DNA of 64,000 nucleotides from Candidatus Latescibacterota bacterium (GTDB lineage Bacteria; Latescibacterota; UBA2968; UBA8231), in contig OZ244561.1 in NCBI GenBank assembly GCA_965217585.1, forward strand, positions 832,001-896,000, written 5' to 3'. The translations under genes and the position numbers were made by a program. The notes under the pieces were generated by a model that saw only the letters and a list, made by a program, of their open reading frames with translations, was not told the DNA's origin and did not search any database. Positions within the stretch are counted from its first letter, which is position 1. Each line of letters begins with the position of its first letter. Shown here piece after piece: positions 1-9,318 of this stretch.

Positions 1-348
1 CACCGGCCCCAACGCCGTTGTGCCGCCCAGCGCCACATAGAAGGTGCGCGCCACCCAGATCAGCAGTGGGGTGAGGGCGGCTAGGATGGCAATGAGTAGT
101 TCCAACCGGGCGTAGAGTGCGAGGGGATTCCGGCTGCGATCGGCTCGCCGTCCGAGCCAGATCCCCCCGGCACCCAGTCCCCCTAGAAAGACAGCCAAGA
201 CAGCGGCCGAGGCCGAGGTGCTGGCTCCGAAAACGAGCCTAAATTCCCGCAGCCAGACCACCTGATAAACCAGGGCGCACGACCCGGACCCGAAGAGCAA
301 AACAGCGGCGCGGGTCAGCGGTCGAACCCTGTGAATATATCCTGACAT
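1..348 (-). CDS. Fused MFS-like/spermidine synthase family membrane protein, N-terminal part (runs off the window)
   Basis: Not in the ORF track. Manual translation from ATG at 348 (GGAG upstream) gives MSGYIHRVRPLTRAAVLLFGSGSCALVYQVVWLREFRLVFGASTSASAAVLAVFLGGLGAGG...RNPLALYARLELLIA, the typical N-terminus of membrane-fused spermidine-synthase-like proteins. Confidence 0.85.
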   Translation of the reverse strand, partial: MSGYIHRVRPLTRAAVLLFGSGSCALVYQVVWLREFRLVFGASTSASAAVLAVFLGGLGAGGIWLGRRADRSRNPLALYARLELLIAILAALTPLLIWVARTFYVALGGTTALGPV

Positions 349-473
349 CCACCGGCTCCTCTCTACACTATCCTCAGATTTACTAAATTGTTGTGCCTAT
401 AGGCAATTGATATGTTTCAAGCGGACCGAGGTAGAGGAGTATTGATGATCCCCGACGTGCATACGAGCGTAGC

Positions 474-2417
474 ATGGCGAACATTTTGAGCCCATCGTCT
501 TTTAGCCTGACAGGCCTGTTAGTGGGTACCTTTTTTGCCCTCTTGGTGGGCCTGGGCGCTCCCTACGCTCTCTTTGTATTGCAGGGCTCTTTCATGGCCA
601 AGACGCCGGCCTCGCTGATTGCCCTCTTTCTGTTCTTTCTCCTGCTCTTTTTTATCAACACCCTCTTGGGCATGATGCGCAGATACTTCGCCCTGACCAA
701 GGCGGACCTGGTCCTGATCTACATTATGATGCTAATGGCCGCGACCGTGCCCACGCAGGCATTCGTGGGGACCCTGATCCCGGTCATTGCCGGACTCTAC
801 TATTACGCCACCCCGGAAAACCGCTGGGAGGACATCTTCTTCCCCTATGTCTCGCCTTGGCTGGCACCGCAGGATTTTGCGCTGGTCAAGGATCTGTTCG
901 AGGGAATCCCGGCAAGTAAGGCCATACCCTGGGGGGTGTGGGCGACCATCCTAGGGTATTGGTACGTGTTTTTTTTAGCATTGAGTTTCTTGATGATCTG
1001 TATGAGTACCATTCTCCATCGGCAGTGGTCCCAGCACGAGCGCCTAGCGTACCCCATGGTACAACTGCCCTTGCAAATGATCGAGACCGGTGAAAGTCCC
1101 CTGGAGCGGTTGCGGCCTTTTTTTAAGAACGGGGTAATGTGGCTGGGTTTTTTCGTACCCTTCACGCTCTTTAGTTTAACCGGGCTGCACCACTATTTTT
1201 CTTTCGTGCCGCCGGTGTCCATCGGCTTGGGCACCTTCTGGTTCTTTCGGGATACTATCTGGATAGAGACGTGGCTTAGTTATGCATGGGTGGGCTTTTC
1301 CTACTTGGTCAGTCTGGAAATCTCCTTCAGCATCTGGTTCTTTTTTTTATTGGCCAAAGTCCAAGAGGGCACCTTCAATATTTTCGGCATCTCCAGCAAT
1401 GAGCAGTTGAGTTTCTACTCCTATTCTCAGACGGCAGATCTGACCCACCAATCCATGGGGGCCTGTCTGGTATTCGTATTCTACGGTTTGTGGATAGCCC
1501 GTCGGCATTTGCGAGAGGTGGTCACCAAGGCGTGGAATCCCGCGGCAGGCATAGACGATTCCGCTGAGCTGCTGTCCTACCGCACTGCGGTCTGCGGCTT
1601 GTTGGGCAGTGTACTCTTCCTAGCACTGTGGTTGTGGCATACGGGGATTCCCCTCATCGTGCTGCCGATGTTTATGGGGGTTTGCCTCGTATTCTACATC
1701 ATGGTCACTCGCGTGGTCGCTGCCGCTGGAGTAGTCACCGTGCGCTCGCCCATGGCCGCGGCTTTCTTCGTGATCTCCGGTGTGGGCACCTCGCTGATTG
1801 GCACCAAGGGGCTGGTAGCACTGACCTTTACCTATATCTGGCAGGGGGAGATGCGGCTTTTCCCGCTGCTTGCCTGCGCCAATAGCTTGAAGTTAGCGGA
1901 AATCATCCCTGGTTCGAAAAAGCGCCTGTTCTGGGGTATGATCATCGCGTTGATCTGTGGCCTGGCAGGGGCGACATGGGTCATTCTGGGGTTGAGCTAC
2001 AAGTACGGAGGGATCAATCTGGGGTTTTTCATGACGGCCCAAAGCGTGCGCGTCTTCGAAGATATGGCCCGACCGCTGCAGAATCCGAGCCTAATGAATT
2101 TGCGCGGCTGGGTCTTCACCGGCGTTGGCGGCCTCATCGAAGGGCTGCTGATGTTCGCCCATCATCGCTTTTTCTGGTGGCCGCTGCATCCTCTCGGTTT
2201 CGTGATCGGCGTGGGTTGGCTGACCGGACAGATTTGGTTTTCCGTGCTGGTCGCCTGGCTGCTGAAGCTGATCGTCCTGAAATACGGCGGCAGCAAACTC
2301 TACAATCAAACCAAGCCGTTTTTCTTAGGCATGATCTTGGGGGAAGCGACTGTTGCCGGAACCTGGCTGGTGATCGACTGGATCGCGGGCGAGACAGGGA
2401 ATTTCTTGACCTTTTGA
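474..2417 (+). CDS. DUF6785/DUF6784-type multi-pass membrane protein (putative OPT-like transporter), paralog 1
   Basis: 647 aa, mostly hydrophobic helices; motifs QWSQHERLAYPMVQLPL and WWPLHPLGF...KPFFLGMILGE; clear paralog of 25796-27736. Confidence 0.75.
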   Translation: MANILSPSSFSLTGLLVGTFFALLVGLGAPYALFVLQGSFMAKTPASLIALFLFFLLLFFINTLLGMMRRYFALTKADLVLIYIMMLMAATVPTQAFVGTLIPVIAGLYYYATPENRWEDIFFPYVSPWLAPQDFALVKDLFEGIPASKAIPWGVWATILGYWYVFFLALSFLMICMSTILHRQWSQHERLAYPMVQLPLQMIETGESPLERLRPFFKNGVMWLGFFVPFTLFSLTGLHHYFSFVPPVSIGLGTFWFFRDTIWIETWLSYAWVGFSYLVSLEISFSIWFFFLLAKVQEGTFNIFGISSNEQLSFYSYSQTADLTHQSMGACLVFVFYGLWIARRHLREVVTKAWNPAAGIDDSAELLSYRTAVCGLLGSVLFLALWLWHTGIPLIVLPMFMGVCLVFYIMVTRVVAAAGVVTVRSPMAAAFFVISGVGTSLIGTKGLVALTFTYIWQGEMRLFPLLACANSLKLAEIIPGSKKRLFWGMIIALICGLAGATWVILGLSYKYGGINLGFFMTAQSVRVFEDMARPLQNPSLMNLRGWVFTGVGGLIEGLLMFAHHRFFWWPLHPLGFVIGVGWLTGQIWFSVLVAWLLKLIVLKYGGSKLYNQTKPFFLGMILGEATVAGTWLVIDWIAGETGNFLTF

Positions 2418-2443
2418 AAGGCCGGAGTTACCTAACTCTGCCG

Positions 2444-4096
2444 CTAACGCTGGGGATTGGGCTGCACAACCCGCAATATTTGATTGGTAGGCACTTGGTG
2501 CAGTCGTTGGACCTGGCCGTCTGGCCAGTGAACTTCCACTTCGGCGCGTTCGGCTTGGTCCAAACCAAAATGAAGGCGGGGATCGTGGCTGGACAGGTAG
2601 CTGCCGCCGGACTGGCGCTCGCGAATTTGGCGGCGACCGCTGGCCGTGACCACGACGCGGGCCCCCAGACCATCTCGCAGCAAGGCCCCTTTTAGCTCGA
2701 CTAGAAGCCAGCGACGGCGGTTGCCTCCGTCGTTGCGCAGCAACTGGGGCCTGTCGGCTTGGTTAGACACCAGAATATCGAGATCGCCGTCGTTATCGTA
2801 GTCGGCTACGGCTGTGCCCCGGCCCACGTTGGCGGCCCGCCAATCGGGGCCGAGGCTGGCCGAGACATCCTCGAAGCGCTTCCCATTCTCATTGCGCAAC
2901 ATCTGGTCGGGTTGGGCATAGGTAGTGCTTGAGTCTATCAGCGCAATCTTGTCCAGCACGTGGCCGTTGGCCACGAACAGGTCCAAGTCTGCGTCGTGGT
3001 CATAGTCCAGAAACTTAGTGCCGAATCCCAAGGGGGCCAGCGTCGGTTGGGTCAGGTCTACTTGGTCCGTCACATCGTCGAAGTGGCCCGGAGCACTGTT
3101 GTGGTAAAGGGTATTGGTCTCGCGGGCGAAATTGGTGACAAACAGGTCCTGCCAGCCATCGTCGTCGTAATCTCCGAAATCCACCCCCATACCCGCCTCG
3201 GGTTTGCCATACTGGTTGTAGCGACCTCCGGCCTGCAGGCCCGTCTCGACGAAGTGGCCCCTCCGGTTCTGGTAGAGAAAGTTCATGGTGGCGTCATTGG
3301 CCACGTAAACATCGGTATCGCCGTCTAAGTCGTAGTCCGAGAAGGCCACGCCCAGTCCGCGGCCCTTGAGTCCGATGCCGCTTTCCAAGGACACATCGCT
3401 GAAGTGGTCGCCGTCGTTGCGGTAGAGAATATCTGCGCTGGGAGCAAAGGTCTGGGGTTCGCAGTAAGTGCGTATCTTGCCGCGCTTGCAGACGACGTTG
3501 CGATTCAGAGCGAAGTCCACGTAGTTGACGACGAAGAGATCCAGATCCCCATCCAGATCGTAGTCGAGAAAACCGCTGCTGCTGCCCCAGCGTCCATCCC
3601 CCACGCCGGCGCGCTTCGTCACGTCCTCAAAGCGGCCGTCCCCGCCGTTGCGCAGCAGCGTGTTGGATCCGTAGTTGGTTACGTAGAGATCCTGGTCCCC
3701 ATCGTTGTCGTAGTCGGCGGCAGTACAGCCCATACCATAGTTAGGGTCTCCAGTGCCGGAGGTCTCTGTTGCAGCGACGAATGTGCCTTCTCCAGTATTG
3801 CGGTACAGTCTGTTGATCGGCCGCGGATCCGGAACGGCACCGACGAGATAGGTGCCATTGACCAAATAGATATCCTGCCAGCCATCGCCATCACTGTCGA
3901 AAAAGGCGGCTCCAGAGCCAAAGGTTTCGACGTAGTAGTACTCACCTGAAAAACCATTGTAGTGGCGGAAATCCAGACCGGAAATCTGTGCGACTTCGGC
4001 GTATTGCACCCTCTCATTGGCTGGAGTAGAGTCCAATTCTCCCCCGCAGGAGCACAGCAGAAACGCCAGGCATAAGAGACTAGATATAAACTTCAT
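2444..4096 (-). CDS. CRTAC1-like FG-GAP/VCBS repeat lipoprotein with C-terminal ASPIC/UnbV domain
   Basis: Repeated DxDxDGDxDL motifs (ADYDNDGDQDLYV, LDYDLDGDLDLFV, SDYDLDGDTDVYV); C-terminal GGSYLSSHDPRLHFGL...VHWPDG. Start moved to ATG 4096 (MKFISSLLCLAFLLCSC, lipoprotein-like). Confidence 0.88.
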   Translation of the reverse strand: MKFISSLLCLAFLLCSCGGELDSTPANERVQYAEVAQISGLDFRHYNGFSGEYYYVETFGSGAAFFDSDGDGWQDIYLVNGTYLVGAVPDPRPINRLYRNTGEGTFVAATETSGTGDPNYGMGCTAADYDNDGDQDLYVTNYGSNTLLRNGGDGRFEDVTKRAGVGDGRWGSSSGFLDYDLDGDLDLFVVNYVDFALNRNVVCKRGKIRTYCEPQTFAPSADILYRNDGDHFSDVSLESGIGLKGRGLGVAFSDYDLDGDTDVYVANDATMNFLYQNRRGHFVETGLQAGGRYNQYGKPEAGMGVDFGDYDDDGWQDLFVTNFARETNTLYHNSAPGHFDDVTDQVDLTQPTLAPLGFGTKFLDYDHDADLDLFVANGHVLDKIALIDSSTTYAQPDQMLRNENGKRFEDVSASLGPDWRAANVGRGTAVADYDNDGDLDILVSNQADRPQLLRNDGGNRRRWLLVELKGALLRDGLGARVVVTASGRRQIRERQSGGSYLSSHDPRLHFGLDQAERAEVEVHWPDGQVQRLHQVPTNQILRVVQPNPQR

Positions 4097-4145
4097 TTTT
4101 TGACTATGACTTTTCGCAGCCGCACTGCCGATAGACGGGCATAGA

Positions 4146-5753
4146 TCAGGATAGCAGGAAAGCGGCGACCGCGGCGACAAAAAGTGCCCAACAGATCCAG
4201 CCCAGTAGAGATTCGGTGGCCACTAGGAGACGGATGGGGCCGCTAGGCAGACAGGGGGTGGGGCCCATATGGATAAAAATCCGCAGACTGAAGAAGATCC
4301 ATGCCCACCAGGAAGAGGGACGAGGTTCGGGTCTGTCCCCCCAAAAAGAGCGCAAAAGACGATAGAGTAAGGCAAAAGTCAGGATGCAAATGCCAGCAAG
4401 CGGTCCCAAAAACCACGGCTTGGCACCGTAGTACATGGTCGGCCTCAGTAGCTGGAGCCAGTACCATTCTCCCGCTCTCCAGTCCAAGCTCCGGCGCCGA
4501 TGCTCCAGCCACGCCGTCCAACAGGCTCTAGCCTCGTCGTCCAGACCTTGGGTACGCAATTGATGTCGCAGGACCGCGTAGATTGGAGATAGGTCCTCCA
4601 AGCCGGAGCTTTCTTCGGCGGCCAGATGGCCTTCCATTTGGGACCAGTGGACGAGCAGGCGATCGAAAGTGGCGTGCTGCAGATAAATCAAGGCGCTATC
4701 GGCAAAGCTAACTTGGCGCTGAAAAGTCGACTGGGCGGGAAGCCTCAGATCCAGCACGGTAGTTTTGCTGTGTCTCAGGTCCAAGGTCCCGTCGAAGAAG
4801 GCATTGAGTTGCAGACCAGCGCGGAACTGGGCACCGGTAAACGCGGCATCCATGACAAAGAGACTGCCCTCGAACGAAGCCGTATCGAGAAAGATGGCGT
4901 GGGCAAAGCGGGCGGGAAGGGCGAAGATGAGACGGCGAAAGAAAGCCGGGCCGGCAAAGACGGCCTGGTCGAAGGCGATCTCGCCGGTAACTCGCGCCTT
5001 GTCAAAATAAAAAGCGCGCGCTAGGCGGGCACTCTGGAAAAAAGTCTTGTCCTTAAAGCGGCTACCCGCGAAAGAGACCTCTTTTTGCCAGGTGGTCTCC
5101 TTAAACGAGGCGACGCCTTCAAAGAAGGCATCCCGGAAATTGGCCCGGCCGGCGAAACGAGCGCCTTCGAAATAGGCACCGTCCCCAAACTGGACGCGAT
5201 CAAAGGCCGCTTCGGCCCCCTCGAAATCGGCTTCGATAAAAGACCCAGTCCCTGCGAAGTGGCTGCCGGTAAAATCGGCCCGCTCCACAAACGCGGCCCG
5301 TTTGAAATTGGCCTGCCAAAGGGAACGGCAGTCCTGCAAATCCAGGACGGATTCGAAGCGGGCTTCCGGCATGGATAAACCCCTGGCAAAAACAGTGCGG
5401 GCAAAGCGCACCGGGCGGCGAAAGACCAACCCCTTAAAATCTACTTCGCCGAGAAAATAAACCGCTTCGAAGTCGAGATCCGCCCTTACTGTATCGATGC
5501 CAGCCGACGCGGCGAAGAGCCCACCTTCGAAGGCCGTCTGGCGGTACGTGAGCGTCGTCTGCTCGCCGCCCTGGAGCAGTTGAGCGACCAAGACCGCGGT
5601 CGGCACGAGGGCATACGTCTGGCCGTCAATGGCGATAGTGCGCTCAGGGGTAGGAGCCATGCCGTGGACCGACCAAGGCGCAAACAGGAGGAGTACGAGA
5701 GGAAACCAGTAGCCGATCCTGCCGGCCTTCACTAGGTCAGACCCACCAGCCAT
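4146..5753 (-). CDS. Pentapeptide-repeat protein with signal peptide and C-terminal membrane (ion-channel-like) domain
   Basis: Long (A/T/V)xFxxAxF periodicity (ANFKRAAFVERADFTGSHFAGTGSFIEADF...); hydrophobic C-terminal helices. Start uncertain; the ORF is open from 5828. Confidence 0.8.
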   Translation of the reverse strand: MAGGSDLVKAGRIGYWFPLVLLLFAPWSVHGMAPTPERTIAIDGQTYALVPTAVLVAQLLQGGEQTTLTYRQTAFEGGLFAASAGIDTVRADLDFEAVYFLGEVDFKGLVFRRPVRFARTVFARGLSMPEARFESVLDLQDCRSLWQANFKRAAFVERADFTGSHFAGTGSFIEADFEGAEAAFDRVQFGDGAYFEGARFAGRANFRDAFFEGVASFKETTWQKEVSFAGSRFKDKTFFQSARLARAFYFDKARVTGEIAFDQAVFAGPAFFRRLIFALPARFAHAIFLDTASFEGSLFVMDAAFTGAQFRAGLQLNAFFDGTLDLRHSKTTVLDLRLPAQSTFQRQVSFADSALIYLQHATFDRLLVHWSQMEGHLAAEESSGLEDLSPIYAVLRHQLRTQGLDDEARACWTAWLEHRRRSLDWRAGEWYWLQLLRPTMYYGAKPWFLGPLAGICILTFALLYRLLRSFWGDRPEPRPSSWWAWIFFSLRIFIHMGPTPCLPSGPIRLLVATESLLGWICWALFVAAVAAFLLS

Positions 5754-5811
5754 GCGATCGTTTGCTGCAAGAGGCCCATCCTCTGCGATAGGCCGGCACC
5801 CACCAAGGAGT

Positions 5812-7356
5812 TTAAAACGGCTTCGCAAGGCTTTTTTCGCTTTCCTCAGCGAGTTGACTCAAACGGCGAGCCTGCTCCAAGTGGAAGTGGCTCTTTTCGA
5901 CCTGTCCCAATTTGGCGTAGACATCGCCCAGATAGCGGTGGATCCGGGGATTTTCAGGATCTAATTCCGCTGACCGGGCGTAGGCGTGCAGAGCTTCGGC
6001 GACATGCCTTTCTTTCATGTGGGCAACGCCCAAGTTGAGATAGGCTGCTGCATAGTTGGGGCGCAACGAGATCGCTTTGGAAAATTGGCTTATAGCTGCC
6101 GCTAGGTTCCCGGTGCGCGCCTCCACCAAGCCCAGACTGAAGGCGACTTCGGGCAAGTCCGGATCGAGGCGGGTGGCTTGTTCGAGGGCTTGGCGGGCCT
6201 GGACGTAGTCGCCTTTTTTGAGGTAGACCCCCCCCAGGCGCATGTGGCTTATCGCATCCTCTTCGTCCAGAGCAATGCCTTTTTGGAAGCAGTAGATCGC
6301 CTCGTCATAGGCGGCTTTCCAAGTGAGCAATATGCCCAGACTAATGTGGGCATTTTTATGCTCAGCATTGAGTTCAATTACATTGCGGTACTCGAGCTCG
6401 GCCCGTTCGTAGTCGCCCCTCAGGACGTGGTTGAGGGCCATATTGTAGCGCGCCGTCGCCGGGCCTATCGGTACATGACCGGTAGTGGGCATCGACAGTT
6501 CGGAGTAGAGGCCGCGATCAAACTGGCGCAAAAATTCCGATCGTTCTAGATGCCGCCGGCCCTCTTCCCGGCGTCCCAGGCGCAGGTAGATACCGCCCAA
6601 GTTGGTATGCACTTGCGGCGAATAGGGGTTGAGCGAGACGGCCTTTTCCAGCGTTTTTAGGGCTTCCTGGTACTGGCCCCGGGCGCTGTGTAGCAGACCC
6701 AGATGGAAGAACCCCTCGGCATCCTCTGGATCGTGCCTAGTCGCTTGCCGGAGGTAGGTCAGGGCTTGTTCTGTAGCTCCCTGTTTGCGGTAGAGCAAAC
6801 CTAGCTTTTTATAGGCTGGAGCCAGGGTGGAATCGGCGGCTAGGGCGGCCAGATACGTCTGCTCCGCCAGGTCCGCGCTGTCCCGATAGGTGTAAATGAG
6901 GCCCAAATTGTAGTGGGTAGTCGCCCGCTGTGGATCCAAGGCGAGGGCCCTTTGGAAAGCGGCTAGGGCGGCATCTGTGTCGCTGTACTGCACCTCGGCA
7001 AAGGCTCTGGCCGTGTGTATAACGCCAAGTATATCGTAAAGTTCGGCCTCTTCGGGGCCGAGAGCCATTGCCCGCTCCACCGCCTGTTGGGCCTCGGTGA
7101 ATTGGCCCATAGCCAGATGGGAACGGGCCAGATAGCGGTAGGTCTCGCGCCCCTCGCCGCCCTGTTCGAGCGCCTTTTGGAAAGCCGCGATGGCGAGCTG
7201 GTGATTACCCGCTAGAAAGTGCTGGAGACCGCGCTCGAAAAGCGGATCGGCCCCAACTTCCTCCAATTCCCCGCTCTTTGCACAAGCCGCCAGCATAGGT
7301 GTGGAGGCAGCGATCAAAAAGCGGACTATGAGCGAGCAGATGAACGGGATAGCCAT
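5812..7356 (-). CDS. Tetratricopeptide repeat protein, probably exported or lipoprotein
   Basis: Multiple TPR motifs (THYNLGLIY, AYKKLGLLY, VHTNLGGIY, AYLNLGVAH); N-terminal hydrophobic stretch ending LAAC. Confidence 0.88.
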   Translation of the reverse strand: MAIPFICSLIVRFLIAASTPMLAACAKSGELEEVGADPLFERGLQHFLAGNHQLAIAAFQKALEQGGEGRETYRYLARSHLAMGQFTEAQQAVERAMALGPEEAELYDILGVIHTARAFAEVQYSDTDAALAAFQRALALDPQRATTHYNLGLIYTYRDSADLAEQTYLAALAADSTLAPAYKKLGLLYRKQGATEQALTYLRQATRHDPEDAEGFFHLGLLHSARGQYQEALKTLEKAVSLNPYSPQVHTNLGGIYLRLGRREEGRRHLERSEFLRQFDRGLYSELSMPTTGHVPIGPATARYNMALNHVLRGDYERAELEYRNVIELNAEHKNAHISLGILLTWKAAYDEAIYCFQKGIALDEEDAISHMRLGGVYLKKGDYVQARQALEQATRLDPDLPEVAFSLGLVEARTGNLAAAISQFSKAISLRPNYAAAYLNLGVAHMKERHVAEALHAYARSAELDPENPRIHRYLGDVYAKLGQVEKSHFHLEQARRLSQLAEESEKSLAKPF

Positions 7357-7400
7357 CGGTCAGTGGTCCGCGCCAGATTGAATATTTTCCTGCACAGCGT

Positions 7401-9140
7401 CTATATTTTATCGACAACATCACCCTGCCGCAGCTCGTGCATCCGCGCCAAATTTTCTGCAAAGATGGCAACGGGGTACTGCTGCCGCAGACCACGGACA
7501 TAGTTCACATAGCCATTTCTGGCCTTGTCGATCTTCACATAAGCCCGGGCCCGCCGCTGGGAATTGTCATCGTAGGGATATGTTTCGCGCTTGCGCTCCT
7601 CGACCTTGAATACTGAATATCCTTCCTCGACCTTGATTGGCCCCCCCACTGCACCCACTTCCAGTGCCTGGACCGCCTCGTAAATCCGCGGGTACAGGTT
7701 TTGGGTGTACATATTGAGTTTCAACCTAGCTCCATGGTGTCCGCTTTCCTCGCGCTTGGTGTATTGCTGCGCCAGGCGTTGCGGATCTTGGGTCTCTTGG
7801 AGTTCCTCCTTGAGACGCTGGGCCAGAGAATCAGCGGGCACCAGAATCTCGATGATGGTGGCGGTTTCGGGCGAGGTAAACTTTTTGGGGTTGGCCTCGT
7901 AAAAGGCGCGGGCTTCTTCGTCGCTGACCGTCAAGTGCTGGTCTACCTGGCGCCAGCGCAAAACACTGGCGAGCAGTTCTTGGCGCTTCGCCTCCAGTTT
8001 TTTTCGCAGGCCTGGGTCCCGGTCTAGCCCAGCGGAGCGGGCCGCTGCCATTACCAGATTCTGGGGCACGATCATCCGTTCGATAATGGACGCCACTTGG
8101 ACGCTATCTTGCAGACTGCGGTAATCGACCTGGGCTTCTTGGACGATCAGAAAAAAATCCTCGATGGTGACTTGGCCTCCCTCGTACAAGCAGATTATCT
8201 CTTTGCTCTCCGCTTGGGGAGGCATAAAATCCGCATCCGCCAGGTCCGGGACCATCCGAGTGATCAACGCAATCTTATCGCGCTGCAAACGAGGGTTGTA
8301 CACCTTGCGCAATGAGTCGATTACCGCCGCCCGGCGTTGGTCTATTTTGGCGGTCAGCAGTTCTTGGTATACGATCTCTTCCGCAGCGCGGAGCGGCACC
8401 GGCATCTCGTCCAGAATCTTGAAGATCACGTAGTGGACCTGGCCGGCGTGCCCCATGGGGACGGGATTGGATACGGCACCCGTCTTTAGGTGGTAGATGT
8501 GATCTGCTATGGTCTTTTCCACCTGATCCTTCATCATATACACCCCGCTATCGCCGCCGCGCGCTCCGGTTTCCCGGTGCACCGATCGCTCCTGTGCCAG
8601 TTGCTGAAAATCGCCGCCGGCCTCGAGTTCGGCCAGCACTTGCAGGGCATCATCCTCGGTCTTCAGCATGATGCCGCTAAAGCGGAGGGCACGGTCTCGA
8701 TGAGTCCGACGGTAGTGCTCTTCTCGCTCTTGCTCGGTGATGACAATCTGGCTTCTCACCGCCCGATCTCTGTAGAGGTCGAAGAGGAGGGTGCGCTCGT
8801 ACTGGGTTATCTTTCGCCTGAACCTGGGATCATCCTCAATGTCCATAGCGCGCGCTTCCATTAGCAGTATTTTCTTGTCGATCTGACTCTCCAAGAGTTC
8901 TCGGTCGATTTCCAAGGGCGTGGAACCTTCCTTCATGCTCTCGGGAATGCTGGCACTAAAAATCTGAAAATCGGCAACTTCGATCTGCTCATTTCCCACC
9001 GTAGCCAGAACGGGATATTCCGCGGGTTTGGTCGAACAGCCGCACAGGTGAGCCAGTAGGAAACCGGCACCGGCGAGTACCTTGAAGTAGATGCAATTAG
9101 TCGATGGGTTCACTTTCCCTCCCAGCATGCATTGGCGCAC
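7401..9140 (-). CDS. Parvulin-type peptidyl-prolyl isomerase / SurA-PrsA-like chaperone lipoprotein (two rotamase domains)
   Basis: LCGC lipobox-like; VLATVGNEQI; FQQLAQERS...GARGGDSG; VGGPIKVEEGYSVFKV. Paralog of the partial gene at 62499. Start uncertain. Confidence 0.82.
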   Translation of the reverse strand: MRQCMLGGKVNPSTNCIYFKVLAGAGFLLAHLCGCSTKPAEYPVLATVGNEQIEVADFQIFSASIPESMKEGSTPLEIDRELLESQIDKKILLMEARAMDIEDDPRFRRKITQYERTLLFDLYRDRAVRSQIVITEQEREEHYRRTHRDRALRFSGIMLKTEDDALQVLAELEAGGDFQQLAQERSVHRETGARGGDSGVYMMKDQVEKTIADHIYHLKTGAVSNPVPMGHAGQVHYVIFKILDEMPVPLRAAEEIVYQELLTAKIDQRRAAVIDSLRKVYNPRLQRDKIALITRMVPDLADADFMPPQAESKEIICLYEGGQVTIEDFFLIVQEAQVDYRSLQDSVQVASIIERMIVPQNLVMAAARSAGLDRDPGLRKKLEAKRQELLASVLRWRQVDQHLTVSDEEARAFYEANPKKFTSPETATIIEILVPADSLAQRLKEELQETQDPQRLAQQYTKREESGHHGARLKLNMYTQNLYPRIYEAVQALEVGAVGGPIKVEEGYSVFKVEERKRETYPYDDNSQRRARAYVKIDKARNGYVNYVRGLRQQYPVAIFAENLARMHELRQGDVVDKI

Positions 9141-9318
9141 CTGATAGGTGCGCTGCGGGAAGCATAATAACGGGCATATAAGGAGGCGAGGTGCCTTGAA
9201 AAAACTTGCTCTGGCGGAAGCTAATACCTTAATATTGCTCTCGTTTAATGTGGCTTTCGTTGGCCAGAAGTGCGCAATTCGAGGATTGCGTTTTCCATAG
9301 TTCTACTGCGGGTTTTCA

